From contig CDPCPM010000028.1 of NCBI GenBank assembly GCA_976551045.1, forward strand, positions 7,130,001 to 7,194,000: a stretch of DNA of 64,000 bases, in the 5' to 3' direction. This document shows positions 1 to 11,769 of this stretch, piece after piece (the first letter of the stretch is position 1; every line of letters starts with the position of its first letter). The notes beneath the pieces are model-generated. The model worked only from the letters and a program-made list of their open reading frames with translations. It was not told where the DNA came from and ran no database searches. This stretch comes from Glaucostegus cemiculus (lineage: Eukaryota). Made by a program: the position numbers and the translations under genes.

Positions 1-21
1 ATCCAGCTGTTAAGTGTCAAG

Positions 22-333
22 AGTGGCTCAGTGGTATAGTCAATAGAACTAGTGCCTCATAGCTTCATTGACCTGTGTTCAATCCTGAACTGTGATGCTA
101 TCTGTGTAGCTTGCATATTCTCCCTGTGACTGCGTGGTTTCCCCAGCATGTTCCTTCCTTCCACATCCAAAAGATGTGTGGGTTGTTAGGTTAATTAGTC
201 ACTCTAGATTGCCCCATTATGTGTAGGTGAGTGGTAGAATCTGGTGGGAATTAATGAGAATGTGAGGGGAATGGGATTGCTCTGTGGACTGGCATAGATT
301 CAATGGACAAAATAGCTTCCTTTGTCATAAGGA
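22..333 (+). mobile_element. tRNA-derived SINE (HE1/V-SINE-like), diverged
   Basis: A-box-like GTGGCTCAGTGG, B-box-like GTTCAATCC, V-domain-like core (TTCTCCCTGTGACTGCGTGG...CCACATCCAAAAGATGTG), LINE-like tail (ATGGACAAAATAGCTTCC); similar copy at 52060-52391. Confidence 0.75.
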
Positions 334-1150
334 GATAAGAGCTATGCTTTTATAGGACTGGTATCATGTATAAGCCTGACCAGGTAAGAAGAACTGATCT
401 GCTTTTTTAAAACTGATTGATGTACTAGTTGTTTTTTCTATATCAATCTGAGAGCAAAGTGACCACAAACCTATTTTGCTGGTCTGTGTCATTTTAATTT
501 GAAAACACATATCACTGCCATAAAGGGAGTTGCTATTAAACCTCATTGACCCACTGTTTCCTTTTGTGTTTTTGAACTAAGTATTTGATTTTTCAATCAA
601 CATGTTTATTTCAAGTCTTGATAACTTCTTTATTTACCCATTCATTGGTATTAATGTTCCAGTGTGATCCACTATTATTTATGGGCACTTTAGAAGGAAT
701 AGGTACCAGAAAAATAAGCATCTTATTTCACTGTATTGCCACGATTGTTGATAGGAAGTTAACACATTTCAGATGACAAGTGACCATTGGCTTGACACAG
801 ATTTCAGTTTTCTTCCTGTCACATTCTCCCCCCCCACCAAATTTCTAGCAGAAAGTTGAGAGTTCATACCTGCCAACAATTATTCATATTGTGCACTGGC
901 AGCAGAGTTTCTGTATGTATGATGTTTCAGAGTGTGCTTTCAGATGTACAGTAGTTCCAAAGTTCCAACAACAGTTGAGGCAACTGCTAGATGAGCAGCT
1001 AAGAAAGTGCCTTCGTCCTGTTTGAGTCTGTACTCACCCTTAGTTTTACCGTTCCAAAAGAATGAAATAAAACTGATTTGTGTATTTGCACGTTTCATTT
1101 TACATGAAGCAGTGAAGTATTTTCTTAAAGTTATTCTTTTATTTTAATAG

Positions 1151-1254
1151 GTCAACAGAAAAAAATGTCATCAGCCATGTGTGAGGAATGATCTGAACAG
1201 TTTCTCTCCACATTATGGGAAATCGGAAATGTCTCTTTCCCAGGCTGAAAACTG
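1151..1254 (+). CDS. SCAF11: SCAF11 coding exon (approx. human exon 8), VNRKKCHQPCVRND...SQAEN(C)
   Basis: ttttaatag acceptor, TG|gtaaat donor, 104 nt open frame ending in phase 2, which joins the next exon to give the C of C-TEYVDVCEI; weak similarity to the human segment preceding YCTEFIE. Confidence 0.7.
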
Positions 1255-1673
1255 GTAAATCTCAGTGCTTAAGTTTAAGCAGCCCAATAATATTTCAGAA
1301 CCATTGAAAGAAAGAAAATGGCCTTTGTTGAGCATTCCATATGTCATTTTAAGTTGTAAAAATGGTGCAAAACTTTTTTTTGGTGTTAAGTTTGCTCAAA
1401 CTCTAATTTGCACCATTTGTACGTTATAAAGTAATGATCAGAGCAACTGTTCAACATGTGGACCTGGAGCTATATGGAGGTCCAAATAACTGCACAAAAA
1501 CATGAAAGCTGGCAATTATTAAGTGAAGTATAGCATTTATGATTAGTGTCTTTTAACATTTTAAAGTCTTAATGGAATAAAAATCATTTTTATGTTGCTT
1601 TCCTAAGGGAAATTATAAAGATCAATGTCTTGTTTAGATTCAGGACATGGTTATTGGAACATTATATGTACCC

Positions 1674-1765
1674 GATTGGTATTGGTTTATTATTGTCACT
1701 TGTACCAAGGTACAGTGAAAAGCTTGTCTTACAAACCAATAGTACAGGTCAATTCATTACACACG
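1674..1765 (-). mobile_element. LINE 3' tail fragment (L2/Rex1-type)
   Basis: ATTGGTATTGGTTTATTATTGTCACTTGTACC...TACAGTGAAAAGCTTG is the reverse complement of a typical AATAAA plus short-repeat LINE tail. Confidence 0.55.
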
Positions 1766-2570
1766 AGTTTGTCTTTGTAATATTTGTAAATTACCGAAAC
1801 CACTTTCTACAGTAATAACACTAGAATATGTAAAAATGATGAAAATTAATTGCACTTGTGTAGTTAGGTTATATGTAAATGGAATTAAGGAGGAGTGTAT
1901 CAATATCACTTGCCTGTGTGTACAAACTGTTCATTAGCAAAACATCTGAAGGTGCTTTGGAGGAGCAAATTTCATAAAAGAATGACCCCCCCCCCCAATA
2001 TCCATCAGATTGGTAGATATTAAAGAATAACTTGTGTATTGAGTTATAAGTAAAATGTGTTAAGGTGGAATTTATTATCTCCATTTAATGTAATAAAGTA
2101 CCAGATATTCTTTACGGCAGCACGTTTGACTTCAGGCCAAAAGGGTGGTGATTAATGGTCAGTTTAGTAAATATTTAAAAGCAAAATTATAGAAGTGGAC
2201 AAGATCGAAGGGAGGTAAGGTTCAGGATGGGATCTCAAGATCAGAGATTAGATAGTTGAAGGCACTGCTGCAAATATGGTGCATAGGAAAGCAGAGGTGC
2301 CATGAAGCCAAAACTGGAGGAGAACAGGGTTGGAGCCAAGTCCTGGAGGGTTTGAACACAAGGAAGGGAATTGTATATCAAAGTATTTCAAGTTATCTTC
2401 CATGGACTAAAATGGAACACCTGCATTAAGGAATAAATTATGATGTGGTTATTTTTAGCAGGGAAAATTATGTTGGCAACTATTTCTATAAAAGTTTGGC
2501 AAAATCTGACTGTATAATGGTGAACACATATTTTGTCACTGCCATTTAAAATGTTCTCTCTTTTTTGTAG

Positions 2571-2690
2571 CACTGAGTACGTTGACGTGTGTGAAATTGC
2601 ACCACTAATCAGACAGAAAAGAAGAGGACCTCAGTCACTTAGATTGCCATGGCGAAATGCTCTCACTGCTCTTACAACAGAAATGTTGAG
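2571..2690 (+). CDS. SCAF11: SCAF11 coding exon (approx. exon 9), TEYVDVCEIAPLIRQKRRGPQ...
   Basis: Polypyrimidine tract plus tag acceptor, AG|gtactg donor, 120 nt phase 2-2; resembles human CTEFIEASEISALIRQKR. Confidence 0.9.
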
Positions 2691-3696
2691 GTACTGATTC
2701 AGGATGAAGTTAAGCTTGAATTTGTGCATTAGATGTTTTAAAATAGTGGAGCAACTGCTTTAATGCATTGGATAACTATTTTGTTCTTTAGTACTGTGCA
2801 AATAGCAACATCACTTTAAAGACCAATATTGATTAGCTAACACCAATGACTTTGCTTGTTGGTTGCACCCTTGCTGGCATCAGATAAAACTTAATGGGCA
2901 GAATTTTTTAATGTTTTGGATTTAATAAAAAAAATTGGGTTTTTATTATGTTTTTACTATGTTTGTAATCAATTCTCCAAAATATGTTTCACGTTTTTTA
3001 ATGCATCTAGATTGACTTTTGTCCAGGCAGACTGCCCCTTGCAAGACTTCTTACCTTTGATCTGTTGTTAATGTAGCAGTTTTCATGGCTCTTATCCACT
3101 TTTTCTAAAAGACAAATCATAATGCAGTACAAACACAGTTATAAGTTCTCTCATTATCAATTTTCCTGATTATCCATAAGATTTTATATGGAAAGTAAGA
3201 AATTGGAGGGGTTCAGGGATGTCAGCTCACCTCCTTATTCACCTGTGGACGTAGTTGCTGCTTTGTCAGCCAATTTTCCCTGAAATAGTATCACTAAAAG
3301 GTATTATTGGGTTAGTTATCTAGCTAATAATTCAATTTGCTATATCACTTTGGTTCTAAAACTTTTGAGCTAAAGAGTCATGAGTTATGTAAATTAGATA
3401 TTTTCTGAAAGCTATAATGTGTAACACCCAGCAATCCTAGTGATTTTGTTTATTTAACTTACTATTGTTAACTGTGTGTTTGAATAATTTTTTTTGTCTT
3501 TACCTATATGCTTGATACTAAAATGGATCATTTGCCTTATGAAAACTGAATCATTTACTTGCTTTATGTAAGGGGAATGTGGTTGAACAATTTCAAATGT
3601 AGTACTTCCAGTTTTTCATGCAGTATATCCTGTTTTCCTTGCTCAAAATGGAACAAGAAAGCAGAATGTTTTGATGAGATTTTTATTGTTTTACAG

Positions 3697-3812
3697 GCAT
3701 GATATAGACTTAATTTCTGTTGGAAACGATGAAGCAGCAACTGCTTTACCCCTGCGAGATCTGACATCAGGAACTCCTTTTTTATCGAACCCACTTGGAT
3801 TGGGGCGTTCTG
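3697..3812 (+). CDS. SCAF11: SCAF11 coding exon (approx. exon 10), HDIDLISVGNDEAATALPL...GLGRS
   Basis: ttttacag acceptor, G|gtgaga donor, 116 nt phase 2-1, bridges the flanking exons in frame. Confidence 0.8.
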
Positions 3813-5541
3813 GTGAGATAATTATTTCCAACTCAAAGACAGCCTCCATCTAGGTACTTTCTGATTTTAAAACCTTTATGGTTTGCAATGTTCAGCATTT
3901 TTGCTGCTTAATTATACACCCAAAGTTGTGAGGATTTGTTTAAACATTTAAAATAAATTTTCCAGTTTTTGTTCTTTAACCAATTATTGTGCTTAAAATT
4001 CATTAGAATATTTTTATTCACAACCTTGTTTTTTTAAAAGAAAATATTGTACAAGGTCGCATGTTGAATAGGCGTATTTTTCATTTCCTTGTCAGCATCA
4101 ATTTTGAAAAATCTGTTCATTACAGTAGAAGGAAAAGAACAGTGAAAAATCCAATTTTTTTCACCGTTTAAAAATTACCCTGATGTCATTGCTGTTGTTT
4201 TATTTGTGTTAATAATCAGGCTGATACTGTGAACACTGGATGTATGTATTGCTTCTCACCAAATGAAGCAATTGAAGCAATATTACAAGTACACTACAAC
4301 CACAGCTTGCTAGAATAAAGGATGATCTTTACTTGCTAAAGCTTCAAACGCTGAGGCAGGTTTACTGATGTTATCTTGAAAGTGATAGAGATCTTGATGC
4401 TACTTAAATACAGCACACTACCTGTTAGAGCTGTTTTCAGTGAAATTATAGAGTGGTGCAGTAAGCGATGTATAGCAAGTACTTTTTGAATTTCCGGATA
4501 ACGCACATTTAGTATACAATGACAAAAGTATTTTTACATTAACCCCATTGCTAAAAGGACCTGACTTTATCACATCTTCTAGTTTAACAAAAATGCTTTC
4601 CGCACTATGCATTTTTTTGAACTGGTGCTTTTTACATAGACAAATAAGACAGCTGTTTAGGGTCATTCACTGCGAAATTCCACCTATAGGAACAAGGAGA
4701 TCTGCCAAAGGTGATTAAAGGGCAGATGGAGGCAGGATACAGAGAAAACTCCATGATCCCTTACAAATTAGCACCATGTTATCCTAATCCTTCACTTGAA
4801 AGGTACTCTGGACTTCAATTTGGCATATCTGATGGGTTCAGGACACAGAGTGTCCTGCAGAGAGGTTATACTAAGTATTACTTTGATATTTAAATCTGCA
4901 TCCTTGCTACCTAGAGAAATGAATTTAATTCCAAACGAGCACAATCGTATTCGGAGGCAAACTTAAAAAAATGTAGATAAATAAGTATTTCTTTTATTAG
5001 CAATTGTTTTAGGGTATGATGTGGGGCATTAAGTTGGCAAGTAAGGATATTTTACCTTAAGACATGGGCCCTCTTACTCAGTTTAGATTGAGAGTTTCCT
5101 ACTTGTTAGATATATTTCTCCAAGGTGAATGTTTGATAGTTCCTCGTGTTTTTGTTCTTGCAGTGAGCGTGTTGTTCTGCCATTGTTTAAAATCTTCTGG
5201 ATTTAAAATTAACTGATCGAGATCCTTACCATTATGCATTATATAATCTGGAGAATTTACAGTAAACGGTTTATCTCTTAGCATTGAAGCACCATGCTCC
5301 ATTAACTGTGAACGCCTGCACCCTAGTTATCTGAAGCTCTCTTTAGACAGTGTGGAAAAAGGAAGAGAACTTCAGGAAACTATTTATAAAACTAATTGAA
5401 AAGTTTATTTAAAAAAATAAAGAATTAGAGATATATAGCAGATGGTAGTTCGTTAAAATATCTTTAAGTGAAGTGGTAATATTATGTTTTGCAATATTCC
5501 CAACAGACCATTATTGATTAAATATTATTATATTTATCCAG

Positions 5542-8500
5542 TTAATTTTCCTGGCAAGAAGTGTGCACTTGCAGGCACCAGAGGAGGTGGAGAGAAAAAA
5601 AATAAGTCCGGCGCATCAGGTAGTACTAATGCAAGCACTTCTGAAACTTCACAAGGCAGAAGAAGATCAATGCGCATCAGCAAAGCAGAAAATGTGGACA
5701 AATCTGCCAGCTCATCTCAGAGGCCTCAGTCAAGCTCGGGTACATCCGTTTCAAAAGTATCTATGGAATGTGCCCAAACTCCACCTAAAAAGGCAGGAAA
5801 GCAAAAGACCAAGAGGAAATTAGAGAATGAGCAAAGTAAAATTCCCTCTGATAAAAAGAAAACCAGAGTTACCCGTAGTTCCTACAAGAAATCTGATTCT
5901 AGCAGTTCGGACCCAAATGATAGTCCATTTGTCAGTGAAACTGAGCCTCAACCTCATACACCTCTTTCCAATGAAAAGCAGTTGACAAATTTGGATAATA
6001 GTAGTCCAAGCCATTTATCAGCCAATGGCTGTAGTGAAACTGTTATTTCAATAGAAAAAGATAAAGAGGTAGAAGTTATTGAAAAAGAGCATAGTCATGT
6101 TGAGAATACAAACCCATCTGTTGATGAAGAGGACTGTAAACCAATTACTGACCCAATTAATAGTGAAGACTCAGGAAATTCAAATCTTCCTCCATCTACT
6201 GAAGATGAAAATTTTATGGAACTTAACTCAGGAAATGCAGCAGAACATGCTGACAAAGAAATGGTTAAAATGGAACAGCATCATTTGAAGGATGAAATGT
6301 CTCCTCTCAGTGTAGATGTGCCCTGTGCCAGTGTATCTAATAGTGATCAAGCTATTGGTCCTACAAGATATCCTGAAAGTCCCTCAAATAAAGGTTGTGA
6401 CGAGGTAAAAAATAAGGCACCAGCAGAAGATCAATATTCTGTGCAATATAAAGAGGCAGAATTTACAGAGAACATGGGAAGTCCTGAACAAATACCTTCA
6501 TGTGGGGGCATTACTGAAAAGCAATCAACTGCTGAAAGTACAGGAATACATGATGCTGATACCCTCTCTGAGAGAAAAATGTCATTGGATAGTATTGATG
6601 CTGAGCATCCTAATAGAGCCGAACCTGCAGAGGTTAAGGAAGTTCCAGGTGAGGGAGACCATACAGACCATACATCAGGCTATAAAAGTGATATTAGTAA
6701 AGAGTTATCAGTTGAAGTTCCTGGAAGAATTGCAGTAAATAGTGGCCTGATGAATGAAATGTCTTTGGAGAATATCAAACCAGAGCAGCTGAAAAACATG
6801 GAAACTCCGGAAATTTTAGGCGCTGAGAAGGAATCTGATTGTAGAAGTATTATTAGCCAGCAGTTTGCTGAGACGTCTGGAACATACATGGAAGAGGACA
6901 GCCTGAAGTGTGAATTGACCTCAGAGCATCTAAAGCTGGAGCAGTTTGACATGGGTTCAATGAAAGCTTTAAATGCACCGGAACACATGTCTGATAGTAA
7001 AATAGGTATTGGTCAGCAGCTATCAATGGAAAACCATAAAGAGATCATGGAGAATATTAGCTTGAAGTCCGAACTGGGCCCCTGGAGTATTGGACCTCAA
7101 GATGAGATAGAGCTGGGTGGAGTTTTAAACAATCCTAATCAAGCATCTGATCCCAAACGTGGCTTTGATCAGCAGTCATCTGATGAAAGTCCAGGAAAAG
7201 CAGTGGAGAGTGACTGCCTAAAAATTGAAACCTCTTCAGAAATACCGAGTCATGTTCAAATAACTATGGAGGCACATGATGATAAAGCTAAAAGTGAATT
7301 GTTTATTGATAGGACCTGCAGTAGTGGTCCTGAGGACTTTAATGTGGATAACAATGAGGTAGTGGCTATGGAATGTGATTCACCTATCAATGACCACCAA
7401 ATGCCTGAAACCGAACCAGAATCTGAAAAAAACTCAAAAGAAAGTGAAGTAAATTCTTCTTTATCCCTTGGTTCAAGTCATGAGCAACTGCTGCCAGATT
7501 CTTCTGTTGAAACTATCAATAAGGAAGGAGCTCCTGAGAATGAACTTGAGAAAAGGTCGGAACAGAAAGAAAAAGACGTTCCACGTCGCAAATCTAGATT
7601 TCACGCAGCATCCACAACTTGGTCTCCAGAAAGGGAAAGAAAACGTGAGCCTAAGAGATCTAGATCAGAGTCACAGGGAAGATCCATGCCCACGGCTCAA
7701 GGAAGGTCCATGCCCATGCCTGAAGGAAGCTCTGGCTCCAAATCACGGGGAAGATCTGGGTCACGGGGGAGATCTGGCTCCAGGTCAAGGGCAAGGTCCC
7801 AGTCACGCTCCAGGTCACGGGGAAGGTCACGCTCCCGATCGCGGGGACGATCTCGGTCACGGGGACGGTCTCGGTCCCGATCACGGGGAAGATCAAGATC
7901 TAGATCTGGAACGCAGGGAAGATCCAGGTCACGGTCACTGGGAAGGTCCAGATCCAGGGGTAGGTCCAGGTCCCGGTCATGGGGGAAAGACCATCATAGT
8001 CACTCAGACAGACCAGCACATGAACGAATTCGTTCATGGGGGGATGATGGTGACCGAAACATCCAAACATCTCCATCTTACAGGAAGAGATCCAGGTCTC
8101 TAAGTAAAGAGAAAGGCAAGGAAGAACCTCCAAGTGAAAGTGGGAAGAGGGAAGCTGAAGCAGACAGGGGAAGAAAAGGTAGGCAGCGTTCTAGATCAAG
8201 GTCTAGGTCCAGAAAGAGGTATTATTCTGGAGACAAAGAGGATAAGCCTGGTTTTTCTCCAGGCAGAAGAGAGAGAAATGTGGATGACAGCTGGAGAAGT
8301 GCTCGAGGAAAGGATAGATTCAGAATGAATGATTGGGATAGACCAAGGGGGTTTGACAGATTCAGGAAAGATAATAGGAATAGGGAATTTCAGCAAATGT
8401 CCAGATACCCAAACGAGCAGTTAGCTGGGGATACAAATGAGTATTTAGATGACAGGAATCCTGAATGGATAATGGAACAAATGCAACCATCATCGGATGT

Positions 8501-8955
8501 TCGTATGAGAGAAAATGAATACAGGAATGATGCCAAGTGGGAAGAAAATAGATATGAAAGGGATGATTCTTGGACAAATAGGAACTTTGTCCCTGGCTGG
8601 AAGCGTGGTCGTGGACGTTTTCGGGGAGGACCATTTCGTGGTGACCAAAGTGAAATTCCATGGCAAAACCGAAGGTCAAATTTCTCAGGCGAGCAGAATA
8701 ATTCGGGAAAATACCAGGGGACTGGACCGCGCAGGTATAATGACCATCAACCCAACAGATGGAGAGGTGACTCAAATCCATCTTCTGATGCCCGTGACCG
8801 TTCTGGATGGTCTTCTTTCTCTAGTTGGAATGCGAGGAAAACTCTGCCAGCAGATGTCCAAAATTATTATGCAAATAGGGGAAGGCAGGCTTCAGGCACA
8901 CAGTCAAGCTGGCAGGGTTCAGAGGAGGAACAGTACCAGACTTCATCAGAACAAG
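5542..8955 (+). CDS. SCAF11: SCAF11 giant exon (approx. exon 11): acidic disordered region, RS domain, RG-rich region
   Basis: 3414-nt open frame, cag acceptor, G|gtttgt donor; conserved SCAF11 motifs MECDS, RRKSRFHAASTTWSP, DRSGWSSFSSWNARKTLPADVQNYY. Confidence 0.96.
7674..7985 (+). repeat. Degenerate coding tandem repeat encoding (RSRSRG)n RS domain
   Basis: Recurrent TCACGGGGAAGATC/AGGTCCAGG units of about 18-24 nt. Confidence 0.85.
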
Positions 8956-9574
8956 GTTTGTATTTTTGCTTTCCCTTCCTTTCATAAAAAATGTTTTAGA
9001 GGACTTGTTAATGAAAACCTATGTGATAATGCTCGATGTTGTAATGGGTGAATGGTCACTGAAGGATATTCTTAAAAATGTAAATGCTAGAAATATTCGG
9101 TCCACATTTCCAGAGTGTTGTGTTTTATTTAGGACTTCCAGCATTTGTTTACAACTATGCATAAGTAAATACTTTATATGACATTTTGGGAATACTAACC
9201 TGCTGAATATTTCCATCACTTTTTTAATTACAAGGAGCAAAAAAGAATTGAATCCAGTAATTTGCTTTTGTGAACAGCAGTAGGCTTTTTATTAGACAGT
9301 GTATTGCCTATTTTTAATTCCTGACTCTGAATTACTAGTGAAATTGAAATATGCAAGCCACCCAATCAAGGAATGGATTCCAAGTTTATAAAACCCTCAC
9401 TAGCAAGACAGAAGATTGCTAACTTTAGCAGCTAAATACCACCTGGATTATTTTAAAGAAAGGAATGCCAGTCTCATGATCACTCAAATGGCTTAATTTC
9501 ATGGATTCCATTCCTCTTGGGCTGTCAAAGAGCTGCAGTTCAAAATTCAAATTAAAATATCGTAAAATCCTGCC

Positions 9575-9875
9575 TAGACAAAGTAGGTAAAAAGAAACTG
9601 TTTCTGTTGATCAGGGATTAAGAACCAGGAAACACAGAAGTGATTGTCAAAAGAACCAAAACTGACATGAGGCGGACTTGTAAACAGCAGGTGATTTGGT
9701 TTGGGAACATCCTGCCACAGGATTAGTGGAAGCAAATTCAACTGTAGCATTCAAAATGGAACAGGATGAGTATTTGAAAGAGCAAAAATAGCAAGGTTAT
9801 GGGAAGGGAGTGAGGACTAGCCGGATTGCTCTTACCCGAAAAACCAAATGCTCTTCGCCCATGTTGTAACCTTTG
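9575..9875 (+). mobile_element. CR1 LINE 3' fragment, old
   Basis: Decayed CR1 ORF2 C-terminus/3'UTR (AAACTGTTTC...AGAACCAGG...GTGGAAGCAAATTCAACTGTAGCATTCAAA). Confidence 0.6.
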
Positions 9876-10367
9876 ATTTTGTAATCATTAAGTTATATGA
9901 AGGCAGAGCTATTTCCAGAGTGTAATTTCTGAATGTTATAATTTATTTTCCAAGGCCAGTCATACTGTTGATTTTGGGGCAGCGATGGATATGTCGTGCC
10001 TGGGACAACACATGCTAGATGGGTCAAATGGCCTCCTATTCTGTGATTGTGTGAAAATGTCATTCACTTCGTACTCACCAAGCATGAAGGAAACCGATAC
10101 AAAAAGAATTAGCTGATAATACATCAGAATATTTAAGGTTTGATTCAAAAAGGTGTCCAGATTGATCTGATGATAGTTATAGAAAGAGCAATTGAGCAAC
10201 AGCTTGAATATATATGACATTTTGTCATATTAAAGATGTCACAAGGCACTATACACCCATACGTCCAATGGTGCTATGTTGTAAATGTTTACCAGTGGCA
10301 TTCTGATCAATTTTTTTGTTGTGATATATGAGGCATTTGGTTTAATATATAAAGTCTACTAGTAAAC

Positions 10368-10696
10368 ATGTAGATAGTCAGAGGCTTTTCCCCAGGGCTG
10401 AAATGGTGGCCACACGAGGACATAGGTTTAAGGTGCTGGGGAGTAGATATTAGAGGAGATGTCAGGAGTTAAGTTTTTTTACTTAGAGAGAGGTGAGTGC
10501 GTGGAACGGGCTGCCGGAAGCAGTGGTGGTGGAGGTGGATACAATAGGGTCTTTCAAGAGACTGTTAGATAGGTACATGGAGCTAAGTAAAATAGAGGGC
10601 TATTGGAATGCCCAGTAATTTCTAGTGTAGGAACATGTTCGACACAGCTTTGTGGGCCAAAGGGCCTGAATTGTGCTGTAGTTTTTCTATGTTCTA
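10368..10696 (+). mobile_element. CR1 LINE 3' end, 5'-truncated
   Basis: Typical end GGACATAGGTTTAAGGTG...GTGGAACGGGCTGCC...GGGCCAAAGGGCCTGAATTGTGCTGTA, TTCTATGTTCTA tail. Confidence 0.85.
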
Positions 10697-11055
10697 AATT
10701 TCAAGTACATTGCATAAACACTAGAACAGTGTGAACTGCAATCCTCACTCTTAAATCACTAGATGATTTTCCCATGTTTCCTTCCAAGATTCAAAACCTC
10801 TGTTGGACTCCAAGTGTTAATATAATGCACCACCCTGTGTGCCAGGTCATCTAGTTTCAGACAGTCTCTGAGCAGAGTTTTGAGATGGGAAGCCTTTAGT
10901 TGACTTGAGGGCTCAGCTGTTTCTACAGAATGTGTTAAGAGTATCAGACCGAAGTTCTCAGATCAAACTTCTCAATAAAATTTTACATAATTCCTTAAAG
11001 CCCATGTCAGAAAATGTTTATGCCTGTATCTCTACCTTTTTTTGTTATTTAGCAG

Positions 11056-11405
11056 ATTCATCGCAAGGAACACCAGCCTTCAGTGACCAAGCAAATCAAC
11101 AAATGAATGGCTCTCAGCAACCTGTTAATATGATGCATCAGCCTGTTTTACCACAACCACTGAATCCCCCACCCCAACCAATGAATGTCTTTCCCTATCC
11201 AATGAACGTCCATCCTCCTTTAATGCATTTCCACAATCCATATATCCACCCTCCTCCTCCATTGAATGTGCATGCAGGAATGTCAGCCGTGCCACCAACT
11301 GCTGCTGGAAATCTGCCTAACAGCCCACCCCCACCCCCACCTCCACCTCCACCATCCCAGTCAGTGAACTACTCAGTCCAACAGCTTGACCTGACACAAC
11401 CTCAG
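11056..11405 (+). CDS. SCAF11: SCAF11 coding exon (approx. exon 12), Q/P-rich
   Basis: tttagcag acceptor, CAG|gtaagt donor, 350 nt phase 1-0; DQANQQMNGSQQPVNMM...PPPPPPPSQSVNY matches the SCAF11 pattern. Confidence 0.93.
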
Positions 11406-11769
11406 GTAAGTTCTTGGCCAGAAAGAATATGAAAATCATTTTGATGTGTTTGTGTTTAGCAGGGAAATGGGAAGGAAGTTCATTCTGTGCTTCTAGGAAC
11501 TCTTGGTTGGTCATCTGAAGACTAGGTTAAACGCTCACACTAATTTACAACACATTTGTTTGCACAGTTACAAAACTTTTTTCTCTGAGAAATTGGTAAT
11601 TTTTCTTATGAACTTATCTCCCAGGGTAACTTTTATCTTTTTGATATATTTTATTTCTCTACACTTAATCTAGGCTTCTGCTGGTCTTATTCTAACTTAG
11701 CAGTGCTGTTTAAGCCATATCATTTTTGTCAGGCATTCTGTATCATTGTACCTGACTAAAATTTAAATG

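Noticed and set aside
22-90. tRNA-like A/B boxes
   Set aside because: Head of a SINE; no cloverleaf
4690-4893. Possible extra SCAF11 exon (tag|GAACAAGG...GAAAG|gtactc)
   Set aside because: Poor polypyrimidine tract, and the exon chain is complete and in phase without it
5099-5302. 67-aa minus-strand ORF that looks protein-like
   Set aside because: No recognisable homology, weak acceptor tract, no partner exons; length expected by chance
7468-8133. Long alternative-frame and antisense ORFs over the RS domain (e.g. 211 aa GHG/DLG-rich)
   Set aside because: Shadow frames of the low-complexity RS codon repeat; no independent splice or start context
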